From contig JBIICI010000001.1 of NCBI GenBank assembly GCA_044238935.1, positions 68,441-132,440 of the forward strand: a stretch of DNA of 64,000 nucleotides, given 5' to 3'. The notes beneath the pieces are model-generated. The model made no database searches, was not told where the DNA came from, and worked only from the letters and a program-made list of their open reading frames with translations. Both the position numbers and the translations under genes were made by a program. Every line of letters begins with the position of its first letter. Positions within the stretch are counted from its first letter, which is position 1. Shown piece by piece: positions 52,055-61,628 of the stretch. The DNA comes from Gemmobacter sp. GTDB lineage: Bacteria; Pseudomonadota; Alphaproteobacteria; Micavibrionales; Micavibrionaceae.

Positions 52055-53080
52055 TTATTTTGACAATAATTTTAAATCAAAATCAACCATTTCTTTTATA
52101 AGATCATGAAAACTATATTGCGGTTTCCATTTTAAAATGTCAAAGGCTTTTGTTGCATTTCCACATAAGAAATGCACATCATTGGCACGATAATGAATTT
52201 TATCAACGATAATGCGCGGTTTATTTGTGGCGATTTCAATGCCGCGCTCTTGTAATCCTGTGCCTTCCCACCGTAAGGGCATGCCTGCATAATCAAAAGC
52301 ATAGGCGATCATATCGCGCACGGAATAGGATTTTCCTGTTGCTAAAACAAAATCATCGGGGTTATCGTGCTGTAAAATGCGCCACATGCCGTCTATATAA
52401 TCTTTGGCGTGCCCCCAATCACGGCGGGCGTCTAAATTCCCAATCGTGACGAAATCTTGCATATTTGATTTGATTCGCGCGATGGCCTTGGTGATTTTTC
52501 GGGTCACAAATTCTTCGCCCCGTAACGCACTTTCGTGATTAAATAAAATACCGTTACTGGCAAATAGACCATAAGCATGGCGATAGGTGACACTCATCCA
52601 ATAGCCATGCAGCTTTGATACCGCATACGGGCTGCAGGGACGAAAAGGCGTGTTTTCATCCTGCGGCGCAGGGACATTGCCGAAAATCTCAGAACTAGAG
52701 GCTTGGTAAAATCGGGTTTGATCAATCATTTTTAACAAACGAATGGCTTCTAACAGATTCGTTGTGCCGCAAACATTGGTTTGTGCTGTTAATATTGGAT
52801 TTTCAAAACTCACTCCCACATGACTTTGTGCCGCAAGATGATAAATTTCATGTGGTTGGATAGAATCCAATATCCGCAACAGCCCTGATAAATCGCCTAA
52901 ATCCCCTGTGTGAAGATGGAAATCAGGGTGCGCTCCTAAATCATTTAATCGTTCGGAATCATGAACCGAAATACGGCGAATCAATCCATGCACTTGGTAT
53001 TGTTTGCGCAGCAAAAAATCAGCCAATAGAGCGCCATCTTGACCATTAACCCCTGTGATAAAGGCGATTTTTTGCGTCAT
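52055..53080 (-). CDS. gmd: GDP-mannose 4,6-dehydratase
   Basis: 341 aa with AFITGVNGQDGALLADFLL, ..QASSSEIFG.. and YAVSKL. Confidence 0.93.
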   Translation of the reverse strand: MTQKIAFITGVNGQDGALLADFLLRKQYQVHGLIRRISVHDSERLNDLGAHPDFHLHTGDLGDLSGLLRILDSIQPHEIYHLAAQSHVGVSFENPILTAQTNVCGTTNLLEAIRLLKMIDQTRFYQASSSEIFGNVPAPQDENTPFRPCSPYAVSKLHGYWMSVTYRHAYGLFASNGILFNHESALRGEEFVTRKITKAIARIKSNMQDFVTIGNLDARRDWGHAKDYIDGMWRILQHDNPDDFVLATGKSYSVRDMIAYAFDYAGMPLRWEGTGLQERGIEIATNKPRIIVDKIHYRANDVHFLCGNATKAFDILKWKPQYSFHDLIKEMVDFDLKLLSK

Positions 53081-53098
53081 GCAAGCAATTTTCCCTAA

Positions 53099-54973
53099 TT
53101 ATTCTTCGTCAATAATCTTTTCGGACTCTTCTTGTGGTGGCGTTGGTTGTTCTTGTATCGCTTGCTTTGGGGCAATTGTGTTCTCTGTATCTAAATCTGA
53201 GGCTTCATCAGCGCTATCCTCCGCATTTGTTTCCTCAGGTGTTTTGACGGGAGCAGGGGTCTGAGGTTTGTTTTTCAAACTTTCCTGTAATTTTTGTTGC
53301 AATGCCAAATCTTCTGCCGCTTGTTTTTCGGCTTTTTCTTGGGCTTTTTTCGCTTGTTTGGCTTTAATTTTATCTTCCTTGGCTTTACGTTTTGCCTCGG
53401 CTTTTTCTGTTTTTGCCTTTAATTCCAGATTCTGAGAAATCATAATCGCGCTGTCAGGCTTTAGAGATCCTTCAAAAAGCGGTGTGTTAAAGGGGCTTAA
53501 GATTCCACTGAAAACCTGATCGCCTGTGCGGAAAATCTTAAGATCTTGTAAGATCACATCATCCATATAATACATGTTTATGTGACCCCGTTTATTGTTC
53601 GAAAGCTCAACGCCCCCAACATGCACGCCTAAGACTTTATCATACGGATCCATAGAAAGATCGCGCTCTTCGGCTGTGAAATCATCGACATAACCTGTAA
53701 TCCCATATTGTAAATGATCAACAATCGTGTCAAAGCGCAAAGATAGATCATTGCTGTTACGAATACGAATGCCTGATTTCGCATTTTTGCTGATAATATT
53801 ATGCCATGTTGTGTTGTGTGGGCTTTCGTAAAATGTTAAGCCATCCCCTTCGTTGGATTCCAATCGGTTAAAGGCGATAATATTATTATGACACTGACGG
53901 TCTAACATGATTCCGCTTCCGTGATTATGGTGGCTGTGATTGTTAAAAATCCAACTATCATTCACTTCACGGGAGATAATAATACCGTGCTTTTTATGCG
54001 TCCCTGTAATATGGTTATAGGCAATGATTAAGCGTTTTGAACGGTCATGGGGGTCAATCCCATAAATAATGTTATTGATATAATTATTGCCGATAATGGC
54101 AATATCTTCGGCTTCGTAACTATAGAATCCGAAATATAAATCTTCGAATGTATTATTAATAACCCATCCTTTGGCAGGAGGAACTTCGGGCTGTGTTTCT
54201 GCGATTTTACTGGTTGATGTATAGCTGATCCCGAATGATTTTGTTCCTGAATAGCCTAAATGCGATATTTTATTATCCGCTAAATAGCTTTCTGATCCGC
54301 CCCATCCGTTGAAAAAAGGTCTGAAATTCTTTTTCTCAACAAAAACAGCAGGTTTGTTTTCAGTGCCAATCCACCCTGCTAAGGTTGAATTGATCAAATA
54401 AAACTTCCCAAAATTACTGATAAACGCACCACGATCTGACCATAGATGAATCGGGCGATCAGCATCGACAATTTGTAAAGACGCCTGCGCCCCAACAATA
54501 ATCGGCATTTTGATATTATAGGCCAGATCCGTTTTTTCCAATAAATTGGGATCATTAACGGTGGCAATCAACGAATCCAACGTATAATTTCCATTGGTGA
54601 TATTGATAAATTGAGGGTAATCTGTGCCTTGGAACTTCGCAAATGCAGGTAAAAAGCGACTGAATGTCATTTCAAAGAAGATTCTGGAGGAGGCCATATA
54701 TTCCAAAAACACAACCCCTTCAGATGGTGCAGGTAATTTTGCGCGCACAGCTTGGGTCGTAAAGCCTGAAATATTGGGCAGCTTTGGTGCTTTTTCAAAT
54801 AAATTCACCGCTGCACTGGTGGTAAGATCGTATTTCTTTTGCGCATGTTCAGGGTCATCTTGGGCGGTTTGTGCTTTGAAATCATAATATTTCTCTAAAT
54901 AGGGTACAGATAGCACCCCTAGGCTACAAAGCGCAACGCAGGAAAAAACAATGATATAACGCTTGATGTTCAT
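53099..54973 (-). CDS. Right-handed beta-helix protein, mannuronan C5-epimerase (AlgG)-like, with a K/A/E-rich C-terminal tail
   Basis: Start moved to the ATG at 54973 (MNIKRYIIVFSCVALCSLGVLSV). The block NNIIYGIDPHDRSKRLIIAYNHITGTHKKHGIIISREVNDSWIFNN contains the DPHD motif I associate with AlgG. The ~120-aa tail reads ..KAKTEKAEAKRKAKEDKIKAKQAKKAQEKAEKQAAE.. Confidence 0.68.
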   Translation of the reverse strand: MNIKRYIIVFSCVALCSLGVLSVPYLEKYYDFKAQTAQDDPEHAQKKYDLTTSAAVNLFEKAPKLPNISGFTTQAVRAKLPAPSEGVVFLEYMASSRIFFEMTFSRFLPAFAKFQGTDYPQFINITNGNYTLDSLIATVNDPNLLEKTDLAYNIKMPIIVGAQASLQIVDADRPIHLWSDRGAFISNFGKFYLINSTLAGWIGTENKPAVFVEKKNFRPFFNGWGGSESYLADNKISHLGYSGTKSFGISYTSTSKIAETQPEVPPAKGWVINNTFEDLYFGFYSYEAEDIAIIGNNYINNIIYGIDPHDRSKRLIIAYNHITGTHKKHGIIISREVNDSWIFNNHSHHNHGSGIMLDRQCHNNIIAFNRLESNEGDGLTFYESPHNTTWHNIISKNAKSGIRIRNSNDLSLRFDTIVDHLQYGITGYVDDFTAEERDLSMDPYDKVLGVHVGGVELSNNKRGHINMYYMDDVILQDLKIFRTGDQVFSGILSPFNTPLFEGSLKPDSAIMISQNLELKAKTEKAEAKRKAKEDKIKAKQAKKAQEKAEKQAAEDLALQQKLQESLKNKPQTPAPVKTPEETNAEDSADEASDLDTENTIAPKQAIQEQPTPPQEESEKIIDEE

Positions 54974-55096
54974 CGAAAAAATACCCAAAAAATTTAAGGT
55001 TGCAAATAATCTCTTTATCTTTCATACAGATAAACAGGGGCAATAGACAAGTTTTTTCTTGCTTTTATCTGTATAAATATTTTACTAAACACTCTT

Positions 55097-56272
55097 ATGC
55101 GTATTAAAAAAAGATCATATCGTTTTTTGGGAATCAGCTTGATGCTTTTGCTGTTTACAGCAATGACAGGGTGTGGATTGTTTCATATGCATAATGCCGA
55201 TGCTTCTGATAATTTACCTGTTTTGATCAATCCTTTTGTTTTAAAACAACCCCCAATTATTCCCCATGATATAAATGATTTCCATTGTGCGGCAGCCCCC
55301 CCTGTGATTCGCGATTTGGAATATTCCAGCGTGTACACAGATCGGTCAGAGGGCGTGTCGAAAGTGGATGAAAAAGCACAAAAACGCTATCGCAAGGAAA
55401 TGAAGCCGATTAGTAAATATGAGGAATATATTGTTCGCCTTGCCAATCGTCATGCCGCAACGGGATTAAACAAAACGCCCTATGGCGATTGTGCCTTACA
55501 ATGGATGGCGGATTGGGCACAGCAAGATGGTTTTTTAGGCCGCAGCAATGAGCTAGGGCAGGCCGTGCGGAAATGGACATTAGGCAGCATCGCCGCAGCT
55601 TATTTACAAATCCAAGAAAAACCACAAATCAATCTTGATACCAGCGCATCAGATCCTGAAAATCAAAATCTGCCATTAAATCAAACAGCGAATCACCATT
55701 TTGTTCAAAAATGGATTCATGATTTGGCATACCAAGTCAAAAAAGATTACTCAACCCACGCCGACGCCAAAAGCCGCAATAACAACCATCTTTATTGGGC
55801 AGCATGGAGCGTGATGGCCTCTTCCATTGCTTTAAATGATCATGATTTATATGATTGGGCGCTAAAAAAAGCGCACCAAGGCATTAACGCCATTACACCA
55901 GAGGGCACATTGCCCTTGGAAATGGCGCGTGAATATCGCGCTTATCATTATCACACATTTGCAATGCTGCCCTTGGTAATGATGGCGGAGGCCTCCACCG
56001 TCAATGGGGCGCATTTATATACGGAAAAAGGCTCACGCCTAAGTTTATTGGCGGATCGTATTTTATCATCCGTCGATAATATCGATTATTTCGAACAGGC
56101 CACAGGCAAAGATCAAGATTTAAAAAGCTGCATGACCCCTGCACAATTTGCATGGCTGCCTGTTTATGCCGCGCGTCACCCTGAAATGGATTTATCCCGC
56201 TTTCAAAACCGCTTCTCCCCCCCTTATTTACGCCGCATTGGTGGGGATATGTCGCTGTTTTTTGGGCAATAG
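55097..56272 (+). CDS. Alginate lyase (AlgL, PL5)-like protein, probable lipoprotein
   Basis: 391 aa with lipobox ..LFTAMTG-C. ..SRNNNHLYWAAWSVMASSIAL.. matches the AlgL NNHSYWAAW signature. Confidence 0.7.
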   Translation: MRIKKRSYRFLGISLMLLLFTAMTGCGLFHMHNADASDNLPVLINPFVLKQPPIIPHDINDFHCAAAPPVIRDLEYSSVYTDRSEGVSKVDEKAQKRYRKEMKPISKYEEYIVRLANRHAATGLNKTPYGDCALQWMADWAQQDGFLGRSNELGQAVRKWTLGSIAAAYLQIQEKPQINLDTSASDPENQNLPLNQTANHHFVQKWIHDLAYQVKKDYSTHADAKSRNNNHLYWAAWSVMASSIALNDHDLYDWALKKAHQGINAITPEGTLPLEMAREYRAYHYHTFAMLPLVMMAEASTVNGAHLYTEKGSRLSLLADRILSSVDNIDYFEQATGKDQDLKSCMTPAQFAWLPVYAARHPEMDLSRFQNRFSPPYLRRIGGDMSLFFGQ

Positions 56273-56462
56273 TATTTGCCCCACCTTGACCCTTCACCAA
56301 AAATCGTCATACCGCACGTGATCCGGTATCTTGTTGATTATCGGGAATCGCCTAAATCAGGGAGATGCCGATCATTGCGTTGATAAGATTTTTATAAAAT
56401 AAATATTTTATACTTGATTTAAAGATCAGTTTTTGGCATAGATCATGTCACCACCTTTTAAA

Positions 56463-56536
56463 GCGGGTGTAGCTTAGTGGTAAAGCTCCAGCCTTCCAAG
56501 CTGGCCATGAGGGTTCGATTCCCTTCACCCGCTCCA
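56463..56536 (+). tRNA. tRNA-Gly (anticodon UCC), CCA encoded
   Basis: Folded by hand. Acceptor GCGGGTG/CACCCGC, D arm GCTT..AAGC, anticodon stem CCAGC/GCTGG with loop CTTCCAA, T arm GAGGG-TTCGATT-CCCTT, discriminator T plus CCA. Length 74 nt. Confidence 0.93.
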
Positions 56537-56622
56537 AATTTCATATTTCCATCTTTACGCACTGTGCAGGATTGTTTATAAAGAATATAGTAGTTTATAA
56601 ACCATAAAAAAGATGAATCCTT

Positions 56623-59160
56623 ATGTCACAATCCCCATTCCCGATCCTTGATAAAAACCTTGACCTTGCTGCGCTGGAGGAAGAGTGCCGCACCTTATGG
56701 CAGGATAGAGGGGTTTATGATTATGACCCCAATTCGTCAAAGCCAACATTTTCGATTGATACGCCTCCGCCTTATGTATCGGCGGCGCATTTGCATGTGG
56801 GGCATGCGATGTCGTACACACAGGCGGAAATTGCCGTGCGTTATAAACGCATGAAGGGGTTTAATATATTTTATCCGATGGGATTTGATGATAACGGGCT
56901 GCCGACGGAACGTTACGTTGAGCAAACCTATAATATTGATAAAAAGAAAATCACGCGCTCAGAATTCCGCAAACTCTGTATGGAGGAGACCGCGCGCGGC
57001 GCAGTGGCGTATGAGAAATTATGGCGTGCCATGGGATTATCCGTGGATTGGTCGTTGCGTTATTCCACTATTGACGATCATTGCCGCCATGTGGCGCAAA
57101 AATCATTCCTTGATCTGTATCATAAAGGATTGGTCAAGCGCGAAAATGAGCCTGTGTTGTGGGATACGCATTTTGAAACTGCCCTTGCGCAAGCGGATTT
57201 AGATACAATCACACGTACAGGAAAAATGGTCGATATCGCCTTTGATGATGGTGCAGGAAACGCGCTGGTGATTTCCACCACACGCCCTGAACTCTTGCCT
57301 GCCTGTGTGGGACTGTTTGTGCATCCTGAAGATAGCCGTTACACGCATTTACACGGCAAAAACGCGATTGTTCCGATTGCAGGGCATTCCGTGAAGATTT
57401 ATACATCCGAAGATGTCGATCCTGAATTTGGGACAGGGTTGATGATGTGCTGTACGTTTGGGGACGGCGAAGACGTTAAGAAATGGAAAGCGCATCATTT
57501 GGAAACGCGCTTTATCTTAACGCCAAATGGGCGTATGAATGAATTGGCAGGCGCGTACGCAGGCTTGCCGATTGTGGAGGCACGTGCGCGGATCATTAAA
57601 GATTTAGATGCCGCAGGGCTGCTCTTGGGTCAAAAACCCGTGCAGCAAAATGTATCCGTGGGGGAGCGATCCGGTGAGCCTGTGGAATTTATCCTTGCGC
57701 CGCAATGGTTTATTCAGGTGATGAATCATAAGGAGTCTTTCCTGAAACGCTCTGCCGAGTTAAAATGGTTTCCCGATTGGATGAAAACGCGTCTGGATCA
57801 GTGGATTGAGGGGTTGAAATATAACTGGAATATCTCCCGTCAACGTTTTTACGGTGTACCGTTTCCGATCTGGTATGTGCAGGAAACTGGCGATGTGATT
57901 GTTGCCCAAGAATCCGATCTGCCGATTGATCCCATGGAATCTGCTCCCCCTGCTTGGGCGGTGGAAAAATATAAGGGGCTGACGATTGTGCCGGAAAGCG
58001 ATGTCATGGATACTTGGATGACCTCCTCCCTATCCCCCTTAATTAACGCCAACTGGACAAATACCCCCAATCGTAAGGGGGATATGAGCATTTACCCGAT
58101 GTCCTTACGCGTACAGGGGTTTGAGATTATCCGCACATGGTTGTTTTATACAATGGTCAAATCCGATTTCCATACCGATTCCCTGCCATGGGAAAATGTG
58201 ATGATTTCAGGCTGGGGATTAAATGAGCAAGGCAAGAAAATATCCAAACGCGATTTGGAAAAATTCACCGATGCCGATGGATATAATCGATACGAGCCGT
58301 ACGCGTTGATTGAAAAATACGGCGCCGATGCCGTACGTTACTGGGCATCCAACAGCCAATTAGGGCATGATCTGAAATTCCTTGAGAAAGACGTCAAAGA
58401 CGGCCGCAAAATCGTGGTTAAACTATGGAATGTCGCGCGGATGGCGTTTATCTATTTGGATGGCTTTAATCCCAAAACCGATCTAATCCCCATATCTGAA
58501 AGATTAGCAGAAGATCAATGGATACTGCACGAACTCTCCAAAGTCAATGCGCGCATGAGCGAATCTTTTGAAGCCTATGATTACGCCACAGGAAAAGAAG
58601 CGTTAAATCGTTATTTCTGGATGGCATACTGCGATGATTATTTGGAACTGATTAAATCCCGTTTCTGGGTCGAGGCAGGGCGCAGCGACCAAGACCGCCG
58701 CAGCGCACAATCCACCTTATATGAGAGTTTGCGCGTGTTATTGGGACTCTTCGCGCCCTATATCCCCTATATCACCGAATCCATCTATCAAAAAGCACAT
58801 TGTTTCGGCGAAAACACACGATCCCTACACCAAACCGCATGGCCGTCTTTGGCCGTGCAGGCAGATGAGGGCACACTAAAAACCGCCGACACGATCCGCA
58901 AAGTCCAAGATATTGCCCGCAAATTACGCTCCGATCAAAAAATCGGCATGGGCACAATGGTGGACTCCCTCACATTCTATGACCCCAACAGCCTGCTAAA
59001 ATCCATTGACCCCAAAATCCTATGCGGCGCGGCACGCTGTACGCATATCGGATTTACCGATCAAGGGATAATCAATGAGGGCGAAGAGTTTGCAGCCACC
59101 CTAAAGGCCTATGAAGACGGCGCTGCACCAACGATGACAAGTATGGTGTCGTTTGGGTGA
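56623..59160 (+). CDS. valS: Valine--tRNA ligase, archaeal/Rickettsia-type
   Basis: 845 aa. HIGH region ..TPPPYVSAAHLHVGHAMSYTQAEIAVRYKRMKGFNIFYPMGFDDNGLPTE.., editing-domain block ..STTRPELLPACVGLFVHPEDSRY.. and ..FGTGLMMCCTFGD.., KMSKS variant GKKISKRD. Confidence 0.88.
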   Translation: MSQSPFPILDKNLDLAALEEECRTLWQDRGVYDYDPNSSKPTFSIDTPPPYVSAAHLHVGHAMSYTQAEIAVRYKRMKGFNIFYPMGFDDNGLPTERYVEQTYNIDKKKITRSEFRKLCMEETARGAVAYEKLWRAMGLSVDWSLRYSTIDDHCRHVAQKSFLDLYHKGLVKRENEPVLWDTHFETALAQADLDTITRTGKMVDIAFDDGAGNALVISTTRPELLPACVGLFVHPEDSRYTHLHGKNAIVPIAGHSVKIYTSEDVDPEFGTGLMMCCTFGDGEDVKKWKAHHLETRFILTPNGRMNELAGAYAGLPIVEARARIIKDLDAAGLLLGQKPVQQNVSVGERSGEPVEFILAPQWFIQVMNHKESFLKRSAELKWFPDWMKTRLDQWIEGLKYNWNISRQRFYGVPFPIWYVQETGDVIVAQESDLPIDPMESAPPAWAVEKYKGLTIVPESDVMDTWMTSSLSPLINANWTNTPNRKGDMSIYPMSLRVQGFEIIRTWLFYTMVKSDFHTDSLPWENVMISGWGLNEQGKKISKRDLEKFTDADGYNRYEPYALIEKYGADAVRYWASNSQLGHDLKFLEKDVKDGRKIVVKLWNVARMAFIYLDGFNPKTDLIPISERLAEDQWILHELSKVNARMSESFEAYDYATGKEALNRYFWMAYCDDYLELIKSRFWVEAGRSDQDRRSAQSTLYESLRVLLGLFAPYIPYITESIYQKAHCFGENTRSLHQTAWPSLAVQADEGTLKTADTIRKVQDIARKLRSDQKIGMGTMVDSLTFYDPNSLLKSIDPKILCGAARCTHIGFTDQGIINEGEEFAATLKAYEDGAAPTMTSMVSFG

Positions 59161-61421
59161 TGAATAGTCGGGTGATGAATAGTGATGGCGCGATAAAGGA
59201 AAGAAAGCACGATAAACTTGATCGTGCAACTCTTGCTGAAAACACCGCAGAGTCAATCGTGAAATTACCCGTGGATGAGATCAGTTTTGTTATTGGGGTT
59301 TATGGCAAATGGGGATCAGGGAAAACATCTTTTCTTAATTTGATCGTTGAGGCATTAAACGGCAAGAGGCGTAAGCCGTTTCAGACTCTAAAAATTAGAC
59401 AAAAAATCCGAAAAATAAAATTCGTCGTTAATTATTTCTTTCATAAGGATTTTTGTAAACGAGTTATAAAATCTGTGCAAGATTGGCACTCAAAACCTGC
59501 TATTATTCATTTTAAACCATGGTTGTTTTCAGATTATGCAGACTCCAAAAAACATGGTGATTTAATCGATCATTTTTTTGATGAACTTAAAAATCAATGT
59601 TTCAAAGGCTTTCACGGGATTGTTTTCTGGAACGGATGGCTGTTTTCAAATTATCAGAAATCAATTTCATCTTTGAATCCATCCTTATTTCTAAAATTTA
59701 GATGGGGATTATTTTTTATTGCCATGTTTTTAGCGATTAACATTATCCCCTTCTTAAAAGAATTTTTTGAATCTTTTATAAACCAAACCTTGGCGATACA
59801 GTTTTTAAATCAGTATGAATTTTTTAAAAAGAGCGTATTTACTCCTTTAGCCATACTAAGTGACCTATCATTAAAAGATATATGCGGCAGTATTGCATTG
59901 GGGCTTTTTTGTATTTGGGGTTTTTGGTTCCTTGAACCCAAATCTCCGGCTGACAATCACGACAGAATCAAAGATTTTCTCAAAAACTCCAAGCGTAAAA
60001 TCGTTGTTATTATTGATGATATTGATCGACTAGAACACACCCAAATCATGGATGTTTTTCGATTGGTCAAGTCCGTAGCAGATTTCCCGAATATGATCTA
60101 TATCCTTGGAATGGATATAGATCAGGTTGCGCATTTATTACAAGAACATTACAAATACCAAAATGGTCGTGAATATATTGAAAAATTTGTGCAATATAAC
60201 CTATCTTTACCCCCTATATATGGAGAAGAACTGCTTGATCTATTTGAAAAAGAACTATCTGATCAAAAAGTTTTTATAGATAAAATAGATCTAAAAGAAA
60301 GATGGGAAGTGGGCAGTGCTCGCAAATATTTACGCAAACGATTAAATAGTTTCACTATTCGCAGCGTTAACCGTTTAGCCAATAAGATTGGATTTGATTA
60401 TCGTGCTATACAGGGTCATGTTGATTTAATTGATTTTATTGTTTTATCTTTTATGCGCGACTATGATCCAGAGATTTTTTGGTTTTTAGAAAAACGCGAA
60501 AGAGGCTTGAGTACAGTAGATAAGTTTTCATATTATCTGCATAACAAAGGACAACAAATAACTTTCTTAGAGTCTTTCCTTGAAGACAATCCTTCTTTCA
60601 AAGCAAAAAATTATATGTATAAAAAAAATTTGGAAGATATTTTTAAATATCTTACCACGGGTCAGCATGTAAATTCTTTTTCACAAAAAAGTGCAGCTTA
60701 TTTCAAATATTTGCCCCCATCCTATTCTATTAATCGATCAACTTTAGAAGAATTAGTTGCGCCTGAAACATTAAAGAATAAAGATGAATTCAAAAGAAAA
60801 TTCCAAAATCTTTGTGATCAATATGAAATGCCGACAGTGGCACATGAGTTAAACCCGATAGTCAAGTCGTTCGTTGAACCCAGCGATAGGCTTGATGAAA
60901 AAAGACGACTGGATTACTATAATTGTCTTCTTTATAGCTTCAAAGAGGCAAAATTTAATTTTGATGGTTTCTTTGTAGGCAATTTCTGTCAAGAATGGAT
61001 GCCTAGTGTCTTGGAAGAAATCCAGCTTGAGACTAAAACACAAGGTTTGTGGATGTACCTAGATTGGTGTCGTATCTTTTCGAAAAACAATAAAATTCCT
61101 ATCTCTGAAACGAAAATAGATGAAGTTAAGAAACTTATTCACCAATCCACGGACGATCTACCAGATGATTATCGTTTTATTGCTTATACAATCCCATGGT
61201 TCTTTAGTGGTTCTGGATTAGATCAATCAGGAATTAAATTAGTTAATGATATTTTAGAGCAGAAAAAAGAGTCTATCATTGAGGCTATAAAAAGAAATCA
61301 TAATTTTAATCTTCCATTTCAAATAAAATCAGACTCTGTGGCAACATCATTTTTTAAAATGCTTAAGCAGGAAGATGACTCTTTAGAAATCATTTTTAGA
61401 GATAAAGAGCCTTGGACGTAG
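59157..61421 (+). CDS. KAP-family P-loop NTPase (membrane-inserted)
   Basis: 754 aa. Walker A GVYGKWGSGKTSFLNL, hydrophobic helices (..WGLFFIAMFLAINIIPF.., ..GSIALGLFCIWGFWFL..) inserted before Walker B KIVVIIDDIDRL, as in KAP NTPases. The start is ambiguous: GTG 59157, ATG 59160 or ATG 59175. Visibly AT-rich. Confidence 0.72.
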   Translation: MMNSRVMNSDGAIKERKHDKLDRATLAENTAESIVKLPVDEISFVIGVYGKWGSGKTSFLNLIVEALNGKRRKPFQTLKIRQKIRKIKFVVNYFFHKDFCKRVIKSVQDWHSKPAIIHFKPWLFSDYADSKKHGDLIDHFFDELKNQCFKGFHGIVFWNGWLFSNYQKSISSLNPSLFLKFRWGLFFIAMFLAINIIPFLKEFFESFINQTLAIQFLNQYEFFKKSVFTPLAILSDLSLKDICGSIALGLFCIWGFWFLEPKSPADNHDRIKDFLKNSKRKIVVIIDDIDRLEHTQIMDVFRLVKSVADFPNMIYILGMDIDQVAHLLQEHYKYQNGREYIEKFVQYNLSLPPIYGEELLDLFEKELSDQKVFIDKIDLKERWEVGSARKYLRKRLNSFTIRSVNRLANKIGFDYRAIQGHVDLIDFIVLSFMRDYDPEIFWFLEKRERGLSTVDKFSYYLHNKGQQITFLESFLEDNPSFKAKNYMYKKNLEDIFKYLTTGQHVNSFSQKSAAYFKYLPPSYSINRSTLEELVAPETLKNKDEFKRKFQNLCDQYEMPTVAHELNPIVKSFVEPSDRLDEKRRLDYYNCLLYSFKEAKFNFDGFFVGNFCQEWMPSVLEEIQLETKTQGLWMYLDWCRIFSKNNKIPISETKIDEVKKLIHQSTDDLPDDYRFIAYTIPWFFSGSGLDQSGIKLVNDILEQKKESIIEAIKRNHNFNLPFQIKSDSVATSFFKMLKQEDDSLEIIFRDKEPWT

Positions 61422-61628
61422 TTATGCTAAGAACCACATTCTTAACGCACGAAATACACTTTATTGTAAACTTCGTATTCTAAAAAAATCCTATGACTAT
61501 CATAAGCGCATAGAAATTTATATCTGAATAAGTCCGGAATTTAAGAAGTTTTTCTTTTAAAAACCCTGATAAAACGGTATATATAGGTCGTTATTTTGAT
61601 AACTTAATTATATAAAGGATAAAGGTCT

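Noticed and set aside
53099-56272. An alginate biosynthesis operon
   Set aside because: Only AlgG-like and AlgL-like genes are present, and they are divergently oriented. The synthase, co-polymerase, export and acetylation genes are absent from the window.
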